From Eledone cirrhosa (Eukaryota): DNA of 64,000 nt. The first letter of the stretch is position 1, and each line of letters begins with the position of its first letter. The stretch lies in NCBI GenBank assembly GCA_964016885.1, contig OZ024755.1, forward strand, positions 21,576,001 to 21,640,000, written 5' to 3'. Positions 14,540 through 28,872 of this stretch are shown here, one piece after another. The notes beneath the pieces are model-generated. The model did not search any database. It saw only the letters and a program-made list of their open reading frames with translations, and was not told where the DNA came from. Both the position numbers and the translations under genes were made by a program.

Positions 14540-14725
14540 TTTGGGAGCCCCTACATGGACACACTAGAAGAGGAAGACCAAGGTTAACATATGTTGATGC
14601 CCTAAGGACAGACACTGGTCTGTTGGAGATGCAGGATATGGCAGCGATAATGAGGGACAGAGACCGCTGGAGAGAACTCGTCCATGGATCTCGGGAATTT
14701 TACCCGCCTTAGATAGATAGATAGA
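14540..14725 (+). mobile_element. RTE-group LINE 3' end with (TAGA)n tail
   Basis: LWEPLHGHTRRGRPRLTYVDALRTD...MRDRDRWRELV contains the RRGRP...W motif of RTE C-termini. A near-identical minus copy lies at 59270-59428. Confidence 0.7.
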
Positions 14726-14911
14726 TATTAATCATGTTATAGAATCTATTCTAATACGTAAATTTTTTAAAAAGTAACAACAGTACTGTGAATTTTTTAA
14801 ACGTCATAACGAAAAAAGAAAAAAAAATGGAATCATTTGGAATGAAACACATTTTGGCAGAAGAAAAAAGGAATATTAGGATGCTGGATTAAGTGAGAAT
14901 AACAGGAAGTA

Positions 14912-14955
<44 letters not shown>

Positions 14956-14974
14956 TGTATATACTGTATATATA

Positions 14975-15046
<72 letters not shown>

Positions 15047-15104
15047 ATATAAACATATATGTATATATAAATATATATGTGTGTATATATATGTGTGTGT
15101 GTGT

Positions 15105-15290
15105 AAAAAGTAAACAGAAATAACAACACAATCGGTACAGTATTGGATATATTAGGTTAACGCTTGATACAGCAGGAAGAGGGCCTTAACGTCTCGGACG
15201 CTACTCCTTCATCAGAAGAAAGAATGAGAAATAAGATAGATTGAAGGGGAGGGGGGGATAATTGGGAAAAAATGTTTTTAGATAAAAATA
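15105..15290 (-). mobile_element. Hammerhead-bearing element, (CA)n-associated family
   Basis: Minus strand reads TTCTT-CTGATGA-AGGAGTAGCGTCC-GAGA-CG-TTA-AGG (15184-15219). Homologous to 40380-40555 (+) and to a truncated copy at 46039-46130. Confidence 0.6.
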
Positions 15291-15583
15291 ACAGGTCCAT
15301 TCATGTTGACATCTCTTAATGAATTTAATTGCTAACGATCGTTTCTTCCAGACATAAGTCTAGAATATTCGGAGCGTATACGATGTTAAAACAAATAAAT
15401 TCCTAAACCTTAGAACATTCATTAAGATACATTATATTAGAGAAGAACAATTATAGTTGTTATTGAAGAGTAAGAGCGATAATATATTGACCTTATTTAT
15501 AATTATATATATAGATGGATAGATAGATAGGTAGGTAGATAAATAATTCGATCGATAGATAAATAGATAGACATATAGATATG

Positions 15584-17133
15584 TTTCTTTATTAGCCACG
15601 GGGGCACAAAAGAAGGGGACAAATACAAAGGAGGAAGTTTACATACAATAAAAACGTGTAAAATATTATCACAAATGCAATTTAAAAATTAGTCGATTTT
15701 CGCCAATAGGGGGAGACAGTTCATATGGGTAACACATACCCCCGAAAAAAATGTGCAACCCTCATCTCCATGAGTACGAAGAGTTTGTACTCCTTTCCTC
15801 TCCTCCTCCTTTTCCTCAACCTACAGGCTGATATAGAGAGAAGGCTCATTCATTCGGGCCATTCTCGCCACTTTCACCCACCTTTCTTAAAACTTGCTGG
15901 GGTACAGCACCTCTCTCTCTCCATCCTGATTCTTCTTCCAAAGTGGTATTTGAAAAAAAGAATCAGTTGTTGGCCGGAGAGAAAGGTGTCTGACCTCAGC
16001 CCTTTCAACCTTGTCCACCATACAACCTCTTTCGCCATAGCTATCACACAAAGGAAAACCGCCTCTCCTTCGTTTTTGAAGGAGGGTGGCGGTTTGATCA
16101 TGACAATGGACTCGGTGGTCAACCGGATTGGTCCCACCCGCGACAATAGTCGTTCTACATAGCCCCACAGGTCGGTGACGCCCGGGCAGTGTATGAATGC
16201 GTGCGCGACGGTTTCTTCATCTCGCACGCACCTCGGACAGATCTTTTTTGCAGGGTCCCTGCCGGGGCGCCCATGTCTGTAGAGCTTGTCTCGAACTGGT
16301 AGAGCTCCTCGGTAGCACTGCCAGGCCAGGGACTTTTGGAAGTTGTCCATCGGTCCCGGGCGGAAGGTCCTACCGAACAGACTGGCCAGTTCGTCTTCCT
16401 CTATGCCCAGAGTTTCACTGAGCACGTCGTCGCACTTGCTGCGGATCAACCCTCTATAGAATGACGAAGTGGAGTCTCCACTGATCGCCGGGTCCGCCTG
16501 CCAGAGGGCTGTGAGCGCCTGAGCACATTCGATGTGCCAGTCGCCCATTTTCCTCGGTCTTTGCTTGACCCAGGACTGCAGCTCGGTCAGCGAGACGAGT
16601 CGTGGGAAGGCTCGCCTCACGAACGGGGTCCACACCGGTTGTCCGGTGAGGAATACGTAGAGATGCCGAAGCTTGAGCACGTGTTTGCGCATCGTCAGCC
16701 ACGGCATCCCCAGCCCTCCGTTGGAAGGGCGTTGGCAGCAGATGGATCTTCTCACCATAGGAGCCCGCCTCTTCCAAAGGAATTGGAAGAGCGCGCGCTC
16801 CATTTTGGCGAGCGTTTTGGCTGGACAAGGCACGACGGTCAAGCGGTAGTAGATGGCGGACGCTATAAAAGTGTTCGCCACCTCGGCTCGACCTTTCAAG
16901 GATAGTTTGCACTCGGCCCACTTCTGGGTGAGTGCAAACACCTTGGCCGACACCTCGTTCCAGTTCTTCTCCACCTGGAGGTCCGGACCAAACCAGACCC
17001 CGAGCAGCTTTACTGGTCCTTCCGTCCAGCGTCCGACGACACCATCGGAAGGCATCGGTCTGCCTCTCCACGATCCGAGTTGCAAACCGATGGACTTGTC
17101 CCGGTTCAGCTTCGCTCCTGTGAACCTTTCGTA
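15584..17133 (-). mobile_element. 5'-truncated Tx1/L1-clade LINE (RT C-terminus + zf-RVT)
   Basis: ORF 15874-17223 contains GAKLNRDKS, VKLLGVWF, LSLKGRA, GGLGMP and CPRC..EETVAHAFIHC. The 3' UTR ends AATAAAGAAA next to a degenerate (TCTA)n tract. Confidence 0.9.
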
Positions 17134-17439
17134 AAGATGAAAATAATAAAATAAGGTAGTAAAGTATTTACAGGCATTCGGAAATGATTTTAACTTTCGA
17201 TTATTCACATAATATGTAGACACGAAATGGAATGAAGTTTCGTTGCCTACAAAATATGTTGTTTTAATTCCCGATTTGTTTGGTTATATTTCTTATTAAA
17301 GATAAAATAATTTAATAGTTGCGTTATTTGTATCTTCTATAATATCTATATTGGTTTTTAGTTTAGGTACAAGGCCAGTAAATTTAGGAGTGGAGGAGAA
17401 AAATTGATTAAATCAACCCCATTAAATCAACGGTGATTC

Positions 17440-17782
17440 ACCAGGCTGGTGTTTATTCCGGATTCCATGGCGTGAAGCGGCTGAGAGTACAAGACCCCCG
17501 CTCGCTGGACAGGATGCCAGTCCATCACAGAGTTAAAGCCCCAGCTATTGCTGGTACTCATTTATAGCTGAGTATACTGGAGCAACATGAAATGACGTGT
17601 TTTACTGAAGAACACAACACACAACTCAGCCCAGGAATCGAACCCACGACATTATAGTCGTAAGTCCAACACCTTTACCACTAGACCACGTACCTTCACA
17701 CAACACACAACCCAGTCCAGGAATCGAATTCACGACATTATGACCGTAAGTCCAACACCTTTACCACTAGGCCACGCGCTTC
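17440..17782 (-). mobile_element. tRNA-headed SINE with duplicated head, nested in an S1 SINE
   Basis: Minus strand GTGGCCTAGTGGTAAAG...GAATTCGATTCC appears twice, then CAGTATACTCAGCT..GAGTACCAG..TGTGATGGACTGGCATCCTGTCCAG. Related sequence at 35220-35490. S1 pieces flank it on both sides (17360-17430, 17785-17930). Confidence 0.6.
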
Positions 17783-18740
17783 CCCCATTACTTGGCAGGT
17801 ACTTTATTTTATCGATCTTGAAGGGATGAAAGACAAAGTTGACCTCGGCGGGGCGTTGAACTTAGAATGTAAAAGAACCAGAACAAATATTACAATGACA
17901 TTTTAACCGATGCTCTACCAATTCAACCGACCCATCACCCTCATATTGTCTATATTAAATTGGAATTTGTTGAGGGAGGGGAATTCTGTCTACCGGGAGA
18001 AGAAAAGTAGCAATTGTTTATTTAACAAGCTGGTTTGTTGCCAATGTCCTGTAGATGTGTTTACTGATTCTTTGTTGACGTTCTGTATGTTTATACTACA
18101 CTCATGATGTTGTATTCTTCGTCAATTAAGCTGTGATACACCTCTAGGTGCACTTACTTGGCAGAACAACAGATTAAAAAATACTGAAAGAAAAGCTAGA
18201 AATTAACTAAAAACTAACGTATTGTTTGGAAGTCAAAGCTGAGATGGAAACATCTCCCACTACGATAGAATGCTGGTTGTATTTCTATCGATAAAACAGA
18301 AATAAAGTATATTGAAAACAATGGAAAGCTGTCTTATCTATTTAAAGAAAATTTAGAAAAGGCAGTTTTCAATAAGGTTTTCTATTTTAACCTATTTTGT
18401 GTATCAGGAAACTAGCTTCAACTTGGGGAAACCAGAGAGCCAGATTGTTGAACTAGATAGAACACAGTTTTAATTGTATAACTGATAACACATTGGCGAT
18501 GTTTGAAGTATAGAAGTGATATTAGTCATTCGGAAACAAATCGGTTCGACTAGAAACTAGAAATAACCGAGGCTTGCTATCGACGACAACACACCAGACA
18601 TACAGTCCCAAACAAGGCTACATAGATCAACGTTTCAATTGGGAAGGACATATGTTGCAGGATGTGGTCCTGAATCACAAATCCATTAAAAAAGGGCTGG
18701 AATAAACTAAACTAAACTGTCCTAAACTAAACACCGTCAC

Positions 18741-18776
<36 letters not shown>

Positions 18777-18889
18777 AAGGCGGAGGAGGATGTACGAATT
18801 AGCCATAGAAAACTATTTCCAACGTACCCACTTTTGCAGTGGTGCTATTCTTTATATAAATTATTGAAAAGAAAAGCTTCAAAGCGGAT

Positions 18890-18925
<36 letters not shown>

Positions 18926-19000
18926 CATATATACATACATACATACATACATACATACATACATACATACATACATACATACATACATACATACATACAT

Positions 19001-19087
<87 letters not shown>

Positions 19088-19929
19088 CTTTTTCATTCCC
19101 CTTTTGTCTGAGAATTCTATGAAAATCAATACACCTATATTAAAACAGTAATACCTTTATATTTGAACCCAATCCTTCAGCGTTTCTTTTTTGTTAAAGT
19201 GTTGTCTTCGCGTGACTTTATTGGAAACAGAAATTGCTGCAAATCTGAAAATAAAATATAAAAAAATATATATGTTGATAACAATAATAATAATAAACAT
19301 AGAATAGTTGCAACAGAACAACTTTAGAATAAATAATAAACATCGAGAATTCATCAATTTGAAAGTTTCGACTTTATTAAGAATTCTATTTGAAATTTTA
19401 TCAGACCTTTGAAGAATTTAGTTTAAAATAAATATTTCACATTCAAGAATTTTTCTGAAAAACAAAACAAAATTATAACAGTAAAAAAATGAATGCATAT
19501 CTATTTATTTATCTACTTCAAATGTCGGTATAGAGCTAGTAAGCTATGTAAGACAGACTAGGCGAAATATCTATATTTCTTACAGTCGAGAAATAAAACA
19601 AACAACAACAACAAAACAACAATAAAAGAAACAAGATAGACAGATATAAGTGAAAATAAGAATTAAAAAAAAAATTTTAAATAAAAATTAAAAGAATATT
19701 ATCCTTGCAGCGACCAAGATTAAAGAAATTCTATATTTCCTTATTGTTTTTATCCACCTCAATACACGCTTACACACACCCTTTTAATAAAATTGGAAAT
19801 AGTTGACCGAAGATTTTAAAACGTATGCTAAAATGAAAAATAGCAAAGCATGGGTGGAAGTTTGGAAGTTAAATTTCATTTCCTTGGTGGCTCTGAAGAC
19901 AAAATGGTCGAAGTTTTAAGTTTCTTCCA

Positions 19930-20260
19930 AAATCACGAGGTTCTGGGTTCGAACCCACTGCCTTTAATCTTAGGCGAGTGTCTTTTACCATAACCTCCGG
20001 TTGACCAAAACCTTGTCAGTGAAATTAAATAGACGAAAATTATTTGGAAGCCTCTCTGATGGACCGTTTCTGATATTCGTATTCGAAGAGCCAGCTTTGT
20101 CACACACTGTGTCATGTGAAACCTTCCTTAGAATTACATTAAGTGTACACGTGTCTGTGGAATATATCAGCAACATAATATACATTGATTTATCAAGTAG
20201 AAATCCATATCGTTGACCGTACAACTGGAACAACTCATTGTTGAAACTGGCGGAGATCCA
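19930..20260 (+). mobile_element. Interspersed SINE-like repeat
   Basis: B-box GGTTCGAACCC at the 5' end. The body matches the minus-strand sequence at about 35740-35965. Confidence 0.5.
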
Positions 20261-20524
20261 TTTATCCATATCATTTGTATGTATCGATTGGCGGGATCTA
20301 TTATTAGCTACATGGATGACATTTACTTAAAGATTTCTTAGATGCTAGGAAAAGCTTGCTTGTCGTTGTCAACCTGGTCAACCACGAAATTTGGTGAAAT
20401 AATCTGTTTTTATAACCTGATGAAGCTATTGGATGAACTATTCTGCTAGTATTATCAGCATAATATAGAATTAACTCGGGAGAGATAACAGCAAGTGGGT
20501 TATATGACATACCGAAAAGATAAG

Positions 20525-20585
<61 letters not shown>

Positions 20586-20929
20586 TAAACGGAATAGAAA
20601 ATACTGACAAATTGTTCACAGTTGAAAAATGGTTTAATTAGGAATAAAAGAGTATTAGTGATTGTATGGGTTAGTATTCAGTTGTGGTTTTAAGTTTTTA
20701 AGTTTTTACCGGTTGCGCATTTCTAAATACTTTTCAAAAATAATTTTGAGATAGAGTGTCCGTGCTGTTTGCTCTGATCTGATTAGTTTTGGGAATTCTA
20801 CCTGTTTTTATGTTAAAAAAGTGGCTCCAGCGTTATTTTTGTGTTGCAAAAATGCTTGTGGTCAAAACAATTTTGATTGGTCGGTAGAGGTCATGTGAAT
20901 GTAAAAAGTTGATTTTGCGCCAAGAATAT

Positions 20930-21288
20930 ATGTAGGAGGTGAGTTTTATTGTAGTACAATAAAGCAATGCAGATATCGGATAAGAAGCACTCTACAGTTT
21001 GTAGGACTGGAGTATACATAATATATAAGATCAAAAGATGGTTAAAGGAGTTCCATGTATTTTATTATGCGCATTTCAAAAACAAACATCATCATGCAAT
21101 AATATTTGTGTTTTCATCAGATATGTTGATATGTTGATTTAAAACTGCACTATCCACAAGTGTTTTTTAACCTTCATATCATGTTCTCCTGTTTTATCTG
21201 ATGAAAACACAATTATTATTGCATGATGATGTTTGTTTTTGAAATGCGCATAATAAAATACATGGAACTCCTTTAACCATCTTTTGAT

Positions 21289-21292
<4 letters not shown>
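20930..21292. mobile_element. (TA)n-embedded foldback element with a hammerhead on each strand
   Basis: Plus strand reads TTTTAT-CTGATGA-AAACAC...GTTTTT-GAAA-TGCGCA-TA-ATAAAA (21192-21258), with a mirror copy on minus at 21060-21123. Stem III is the palindrome TGCGCA. A second copy of the element lies at 32595-32878. Confidence 0.75.
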
Positions 21293-21335
<43 letters not shown>

Positions 21336-21360
21336 ATAAGAATATTTATATTTATATGTT

Positions 21361-21661
21361 TAATACGATATGGAGGGTAGTACTAATACAATATGGAGGG
21401 TAGTACTAATACGATATGGAGGGTAGTACTAATACGATATGGAGGGTAGTACTAATACGATATGGAGGGTAGTACTAATACGATATGGAGGGTAGTACTA
21501 ATACAATATGGAGGGTAGTACTAATACGATATGGAGGGTAGTACTAATACGATATGGAGGGTAGTACTAATACAATATGGAGGGTAGTACTAATACGATA
21601 TGGAGGGTAGTACTAATACAATATGGAGGGTAGTACTAATACAATATGGAGGGTAGTACTA
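21361..21661. repeat. 23-bp minisatellite, about 13 copies
   Basis: Unit TAATACGATATGGAGGGTAGTAC, head-to-tail with no spacers. Confidence 0.95.
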
Positions 21662-21861
21662 AGTACTAGTCGGTTACCAGTTAACTCTCCACATGTCTAT
21701 GACACTAACAACAATTATGTACCCTAAATGTTCTGAACGACTAGGATTTTAGTCACATGTTTCGACATTCCTTATGTTCCGATGATTCCAGACTTCCCTC
21801 TGGACTTCCTTCTTGTCAGCAAATAAATGTTCTAAACTAAACTTTGATCGTTTTAACACTT

Positions 21862-21925
<64 letters not shown>

Positions 21926-22160
21926 AATCATTATTATTATTATTTTAATTTTTTTTTTCTAAATCAGATCAGAGCAAACAGCACGGACACTCTATCTCAA
22001 AATTATTTTTGAAAAGCATTTAGAAATGCGCAACCGGTAAAAACTTAAAAACTTAAAACCACAACTGAATACTAACCCATACAATCACTAATACTCTTTT
22101 ATTCCTAATTAAACCATTTTTCAACTGTAAACAATTTGTCAGCATTTTCTATTCCGTTTA

Positions 22161-22369
<209 letters not shown>

Positions 22370-22993
22370 AAAGGTATAGATCTAAATATAATAAAATTAA
22401 ATCGATCTAGCTGCATTTTAAAATCTCAGTGGAAATTAAATATGAAAATATCACAAAGCCAGAATAAATTCCTACGATATTATTACAAGCAACCATATCT
22501 ATATTCTGTAATACTTATGATCAGGTTTTAAAGTAAGCAAAACAAATATTCAAAAGATAAATGTAATTTCTACATATGACGATGAACTGAAACGTTAATA
22601 GGATAACTATGAAGGAGTGATGCTAGAGCTGTGAAATCTTGCATTCATTAATTTCAGCTCTTTTTATTAATAACTGCATTGTTTATTTCGTAGAATTATC
22701 AATGCCCATACCGCGATTTCAGACCAAGAAAAAACAATATGCCAATTACCGTAATTAAATTAGTAAACTCATCAGTAGGCATGTCTTTAGTGTCACAAAA
22801 TAATTACTATGATATATTCCAAGAATTCAAATTGAAAAATGAATTCACGTGTGTTGTTAGGGTAGCTTGGATTATATAGCTCACGTTGGAATTAAGCGGG
22901 AAAGCAAAAAAAAAAGGGTCACTGATATATATATAGGTGTGTGTGTGTGTGTATATCTATATATTTATGTACGTACGTGCATATATGTGTGGT

Positions 22994-23034
<41 letters not shown>

Positions 23035-23152
23035 GAACAAGTAAGACCCCTATATTGGGGTCTTACTTGTTCCTACTACCCACTCTACTACCCTAAGTAT
23101 TGAGTACTTTGGTGCGTTATGGTCCACCTGGTTCCTTACCACATTTCATTTG

Positions 23153-23190
<38 letters not shown>

Positions 23191-23281
23191 ATAATAATAA
23201 ATTTGAAGACTAAAATCCAAAGAGGGCTCGATAAGGATAAATATATCAAATATATAAGAACCGTTTCTTTCCTGAAACATT

Positions 23282-23520
23282 CTAACCACATGCCCGTAAT
23301 ATCGGAGCTGTGATGACAAAATTCGGAGAAGTAACAGCTTTATTTGGAATAAACTCTCTTATCTCCGAGCAAGGCACTGTATCGAGTAATGTTACTCCGA
23401 ACACCCTTCGGAGGAACCCTATTTCGGCCGCTTGTATCCGCGATCGTATTCTTTCGGTCATTACCAAAGATTCATGACCATAAGCAAAGGTTGGCACGAA
23501 CCGAATTGAAGATAGCGACT
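23282..23520 (-). mobile_element. RTE/Expander-like LINE fragment
   Basis: PTFAYGHESLVMTERIRSRIQAAEIGFLRRVFGVTLLD is a typical post-RT RTE segment. Confidence 0.75.
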
Positions 23521-23894
23521 TTTGGCTTTTACACCTACCTCTCTTCTTCTGATGACCGAATGGTTAATAAGTCAAGTAAAAAAAAACCCTGGAGACGGAA
23601 AAAAAGTGAGGAGACACCCGTGGTTTTTGAACCAGGCATCTCACACCCGGCACATGGGAAGTGCATGGTTCGATTCCCGGAGGTGTCACAGTCCACTTTT
23701 TCCGTCTTCTAGGCGTGTGTGGGGTGGTATTTTATCCGACTTGTTCAGCTATTATTCATATACTATCAACTATTACTTATAGTTATCCGCATTGTGAGTG
23801 CATTAGCTAAGTGATAGCTACAACGTAAATGTCAATGACAAGATAGGCTCCGGGGATTTTCGGCTACCTGCCAGGTAGGCAACCTGTCTGTCTA

Positions 23895-25205
23895 GCTACC
23901 CATTTACCTGTCTGTCTGGCTACCTGCCCTGTTTGGCTGGTTGGCTGACTACTTATTTACCTGTCTGTCTGGCTACCTGCCCTGTCTGGCTGGTTGGCTG
24001 ACTACCTATTTACCTGTCTGTCTGGCTACCTGCCCTGTCTGGCTGGTTGGCTGACTACCTATTTACCTGTCTGTCTGGCTACCTGCCCTGTCTGGCTGGT
24101 TGGCTGACTACCTATTTACCTGTCTGTTTGGCTACCTGCCCTGTCTGGCTGGTTGGCTGACTACCTATTTACCTGTCTGTCTGGCTACCTGCCCTGTCTG
24201 GCTGGTTGGCTGACTACCTATTTACCTGTCTGTCTGGCTACCTGCCCTGTCTGGCTGGTTGGCTGACTACCTATTTACCTGTCTGTTTGGCTACCTGCCC
24301 TGTCTGGCTGGTTGGCTGACTACCTATTTACCTGTCTGTCTGGCTACCTGCCCTGTCTGGCTGGTTGGCTGACTACCTATTTACCTGTCTGTCTGGCTAC
24401 CTGCCCTGTCTGGCTGGTTGGCTGACTACCTATTTACCTGTCTGTCTGGCTACCTGCCCTGTCTGGCTGGTTGGCTGACTACCTATTTACCTGTCTGTCT
24501 GGCTACCTGCCCTGTCTGGCTGGTTGGCTGACTACCTATTTACCTGTCTGTTTGGCTACCTGCCCTGTCTGGCTGGTTGGCTGACTACCTATTTACCTGT
24601 CTGTCTGGCTACCTGCCCTGTCTGGCTGGTTGGCTGACTACCTATTTACCTGTCTGTCTGGCTACCTGCCCTGTCTGGCTGGTTGGCTGACTACCTATTT
24701 ACCTGTCTGTCTGGCTACCTGCCCTGTCTGGCTGGTTGGCTGACTACCTATTTACCTGTCTGTCTGGCTACCTGCCCTGTCTGGCTGGTTGGCTGACTAC
24801 CTATTTACCTGTCTGTCTGGCTACCTGCCCTGTCTGGCTGGTTGGCTGACTACCTATTTACCTGTCTGTTTGGCTACCTGCCCTGTCTGGCTGGTTGGCT
24901 GACTACCTATTTACCTGTCTGTCTGGCTACCTGCCCTGTCTGGCTGGTTGGCTGACTACCTATTTACCTGTCTGTCTGGCTACCTGCCCTGTCTGGCTGG
25001 TTGGCTGACTACCTATTTACCTGTCTGTCTGGCTACCTGCCCTGTCTGGCTGGTTGGCTGACTACCTATTTACCTGTCTGTCTGGCTACCTGCCCTGTCT
25101 GGCTGGTTGGCTGACTACCTATTTACCTGTCTGTTTGGCTACCTGCTCTGTCTGTCTGGCTGACTACCTATTTACCTGTCTGTCTAGCTGGCTACCTGCC
25201 CTGTC
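23895..25205. repeat. 53-bp minisatellite, about 24 near-identical copies
   Basis: Unit CTACCTATTTACCTGTCTGTCTGGCTACCTGCCCTGTCTGGCTGGTTGGCTGA. Period measured between 24002 and 24055. Confidence 0.95.
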
Positions 25206-25793
25206 TAGTGGTACTTTATCAATTCAGTCATGCGATGTCATTTAACTAGCATCAATCTATATATTTATTGGCAACATGACCCTCCCAAAGTCTAACAAAA
25301 TCTATATATTAACAAATCGATAATGTACCGAATTTTCTAGCAATTTATTTTATTAATTAGTGTAAATAAGTGTAAGTTAGTGTTAATAAGTCCATCCCTA
25401 AATATATACACTTGTCGTCCCTTTCATCTGATTTTCTTCTTAATTAATCTATTCTCCGAGTCTTTCTTAACTTTTCAACACTCACAAATCCACTTATTCA
25501 AATACTACCCCCGGCCCCTCTTTTTCTCCCCACCTCTCTCTCTCTCCCTATATTAGTTTATGACCATCACCCCCTCCCTCTCTCTCTACTAGTCTATGTC
25601 CATCTCTCTCTACCTCCCTCTCCCTATATTATCTTATGCACATCTCTCCCCTCCTCTCTCTCTCTCTCCCTCTCCCTATATAAGCTTATGCAGTTGCCTC
25701 CCCTCCTCTCTCTCTCTCTCCCTCTCCCTATATAAGCTTATACCCATCTCTCCCCCTCTCTCTCTCATATTAGTTTATGACCATCACGTTACC

Positions 25794-25838
<45 letters not shown>

Positions 25839-26040
25839 ACGAAGGAGGTGTGGTAAGGAACCAGATGGACCATAACGCACCAGAGTACTCAATACTTAGA
25901 GTAGTAGAGCGGGTAATAGGAAAATGTTTAACCCCAACGGCTGAGCTCAAGCCGTTTCGACGGCTATTTCTGGACTAAATTTAGTCGAGAAATAGTCGTC
26001 GAAACGGCTTGAGCTCTGCCGTCGGGGTTAAGCATTTTCC

Positions 26041-26071
<31 letters not shown>

Positions 26072-26655
26072 ATACATATATATACCAGTCTCTATCCACC
26101 TCTCTCTCCCTTTCTCTCTTTACTGGTCTCTCCCCCCCTCTCTCTCTACTAGTCTCTTTCTCCCGCCCTCACCACCCCTCTAACACTAAAATCATATTTT
26201 TCTTACTATTCACTTTACCTCCAATTCGTAAATCTTCCATTCTATTCTTTCACGTTTATCCTACCACGACCACCACCACCACCACTACCACCACCACCAC
26301 CACCACCACTACAACCACTACTACCACCACTGGCAACATACCACCACTGCCACCATCATCACCACCACCACCACCCTCACCACCACCCTCACCACCACCA
26401 CCACCACCACCACCACCACCACTAGCAACATACCACCACTGCCACCATCACCACCACTACCACCCTCACCACCACCACCACCACCACCCTCACCACCACC
26501 ACCACCATCACCACCACCACCACCATCACCACCACCACCACCACCACCACCCTCACCACCACCATCACCACCACCACCACCACCACAACCTCTTTTTTCT
26601 TCTCCCTTTTCTTCATCATTCTTGCAGTTTCCTATTCAATTTCACTTTCCTTATC

Positions 26656-26720
<65 letters not shown>

Positions 26721-26997
26721 TTCTCTCTCTCACAATCACACACAATCACCCCCTCTCTCACACACACTTAATCAGCCCCTCTCTCCCTCGCACACGCACA
26801 CACACACACACACACACAATCCCCCCCCCTCTCTCTCCCTCTCTCTCACAATCACCCCCCTCTCTCTCGCCCTCTGCTCCTCTCTCATTCTGCTCCACCG
26901 TCTCCTTAATATATTCATCGATCAACAAACGCTCACACATCGATACAATACAAAATTCCAGCAAAAGACACATCCATCCACATTCCCAAGTGTGCAG

Positions 26998-27041
<44 letters not shown>

Positions 27042-27176
27042 CAGCAACAGCAACAGCAACCCCCCCCCCCCCCCCCCCGTAAAAACAACGACCGATATAT
27101 TTGTGTCCGTTGCCAGTTTCCACTGCACAGCCAGTGCACCCAGTCCACTCCCCACTCCCCAATTCCTACTTTATTC

Positions 27177-27231
<55 letters not shown>

Positions 27232-27240
27232 CATACATAC

Positions 27241-27276
<36 letters not shown>

Positions 27277-27306
27277 AAATAAATATATATATATACACGT
27301 ATATAC

Positions 27307-27337
<31 letters not shown>

Positions 27338-27391
27338 TACATATATATACACACACACACACATACATATATATACACACACACACATATA

Positions 27392-27426
<35 letters not shown>

Positions 27427-27427
<1 letters not shown>

Positions 27428-28253
27428 ACACTTTTTCGGGGGTGTGTGCAACCCCCATCACGTCCCCTCCCTTTTGAGGTTATTTTCGATTATTTTCATG
27501 TTACACCCTTTTTACTCGATTATATGTAAACTCCCCCTTTGTATTTGTCCCTTCTTTTTATGCCTTTATGGTAAATAAAGAAATCTATCTATCTATCTAT
27601 CTATCTTTCTGTGGCGCCTCCCCCCTATTGGGGATTTCGATTGTTGAAATTGTTTGTTTTTATATTTTTTACACGACTGTATGTAAAATCCCCGGCATGT
27701 CTTTGTGTTGTCTCCTTTCTTGTTGCGCCCTTGTGGCTAATAAAGAAATCTATCTATCTTTCTGTGGTAATAAAGGCGGTCTTTCTGTGCGTAATAGCCA
27801 TGATGAAAGAGGTTGTGTGGTGGACGCGCCTGAAAGATCTGCGGTCGGGTGACTTTCTCTCCGGCCATCACCTGGTTTACTTCTTCCGATACCACTTCGG
27901 AAGAAGGATCAGGATGGAGAGAGAAGTGCTTGGTCCCAGACAGTTTTATGAAAGGTGGGTGAAAGAAGCGAGGATGGCCCGTGTAAATGGGCCTTCTCTC
28001 TACATTGTTCTGTAGGTGAAGAAGTGAAGAGGGAAGGGGGAGCGCCTCCTCTCTGGGCTTCCCCCGCGAAAAGAGTTGCACACTTTTCGGGGGTATGTGC
28101 AATCCCCAACACGCCCCCTCCCTTTTGAGGACTTTTTATTGTTATATTATTATTGTTATTCCTTTTTTCTTTACTCGATTTATGTAAACTCCCCCACTGT
28201 GTAAATGTCCCCTTCTTTTGTGCCCTCGTGGCAAATAAATAGAAATTTATCTA

Positions 28254-28257
<4 letters not shown>
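27427..28257 (+). mobile_element. Three tandem 5'-truncated Tx1-like LINE 3' ends separated by (TCTA)n
   Basis: Copies at 27427-27584, about 27612-27749 and about 27775-28246. Each ends AATAAA..GAAA(T)+TCTA repeats. The third encodes AVFLCVIAMMKEVVWWTRLK...RRIRMERE, matching the 15.6-17.1 kb LINE. Confidence 0.85.
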
Positions 28258-28290
<33 letters not shown>

Positions 28291-28344
28291 CAGAAATAGC
28301 CGTCGCAAAGGCCTGAGCTCTACCGCCGGGGTTAATCATTTTCC

Positions 28345-28413
<69 letters not shown>

Positions 28414-28500
28414 ACTCTATGTTCACCAGAATTTTATATATATATTATATATATATATATAATATATATATATATATAGAGAGAGAGAGATAAATAGATA

Positions 28501-28872
28501 GATTTCTTTATTTACCATAAAGGCATAAAAAGAAGGGACAAATACAAAAGGGGAGTTTACATATAATCGAGTAAAAAGGGTGTAACATGAAAATAATCGA
28601 AAATAACCTCAAAAGGGAGGGGACGTGATGGGGGTTGCACACACCCCCGAAAAAGTGTGCAATCCTTTGCCCGGGGAGCACATGGAGAAGGTGCTCCCCT
28701 CTCCTTTACTTCTTTACCTACAGGATGGTATACAGAGAAGGCCCATTTACACGAGCCATTCTCGCCACTATCACCCACCTTTCATAAAACTGCCTGTGGC
28801 CAAGCACCTCTCTCTCCATTCTTATCCTTCTTCCGAAGTGATATCGGAAGAAGTAGACCAGACTATGGCCAT
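28501..28872 (-). mobile_element. Tx1-like LINE 3' fragment flanked by (TAGA)n
   Basis: LVYFFRYHFGRRIRMEREVLG. The 3' UTR is essentially identical to 27427-27584 in inverted orientation. Confidence 0.85.

Noticed and set aside
26422-27388. Poly-Val, poly-Ala, poly-Cys and poly-Ser ORFs
   Set aside because: They are products of (CAC)n and (CAG)n repeats with no coherent coding context.
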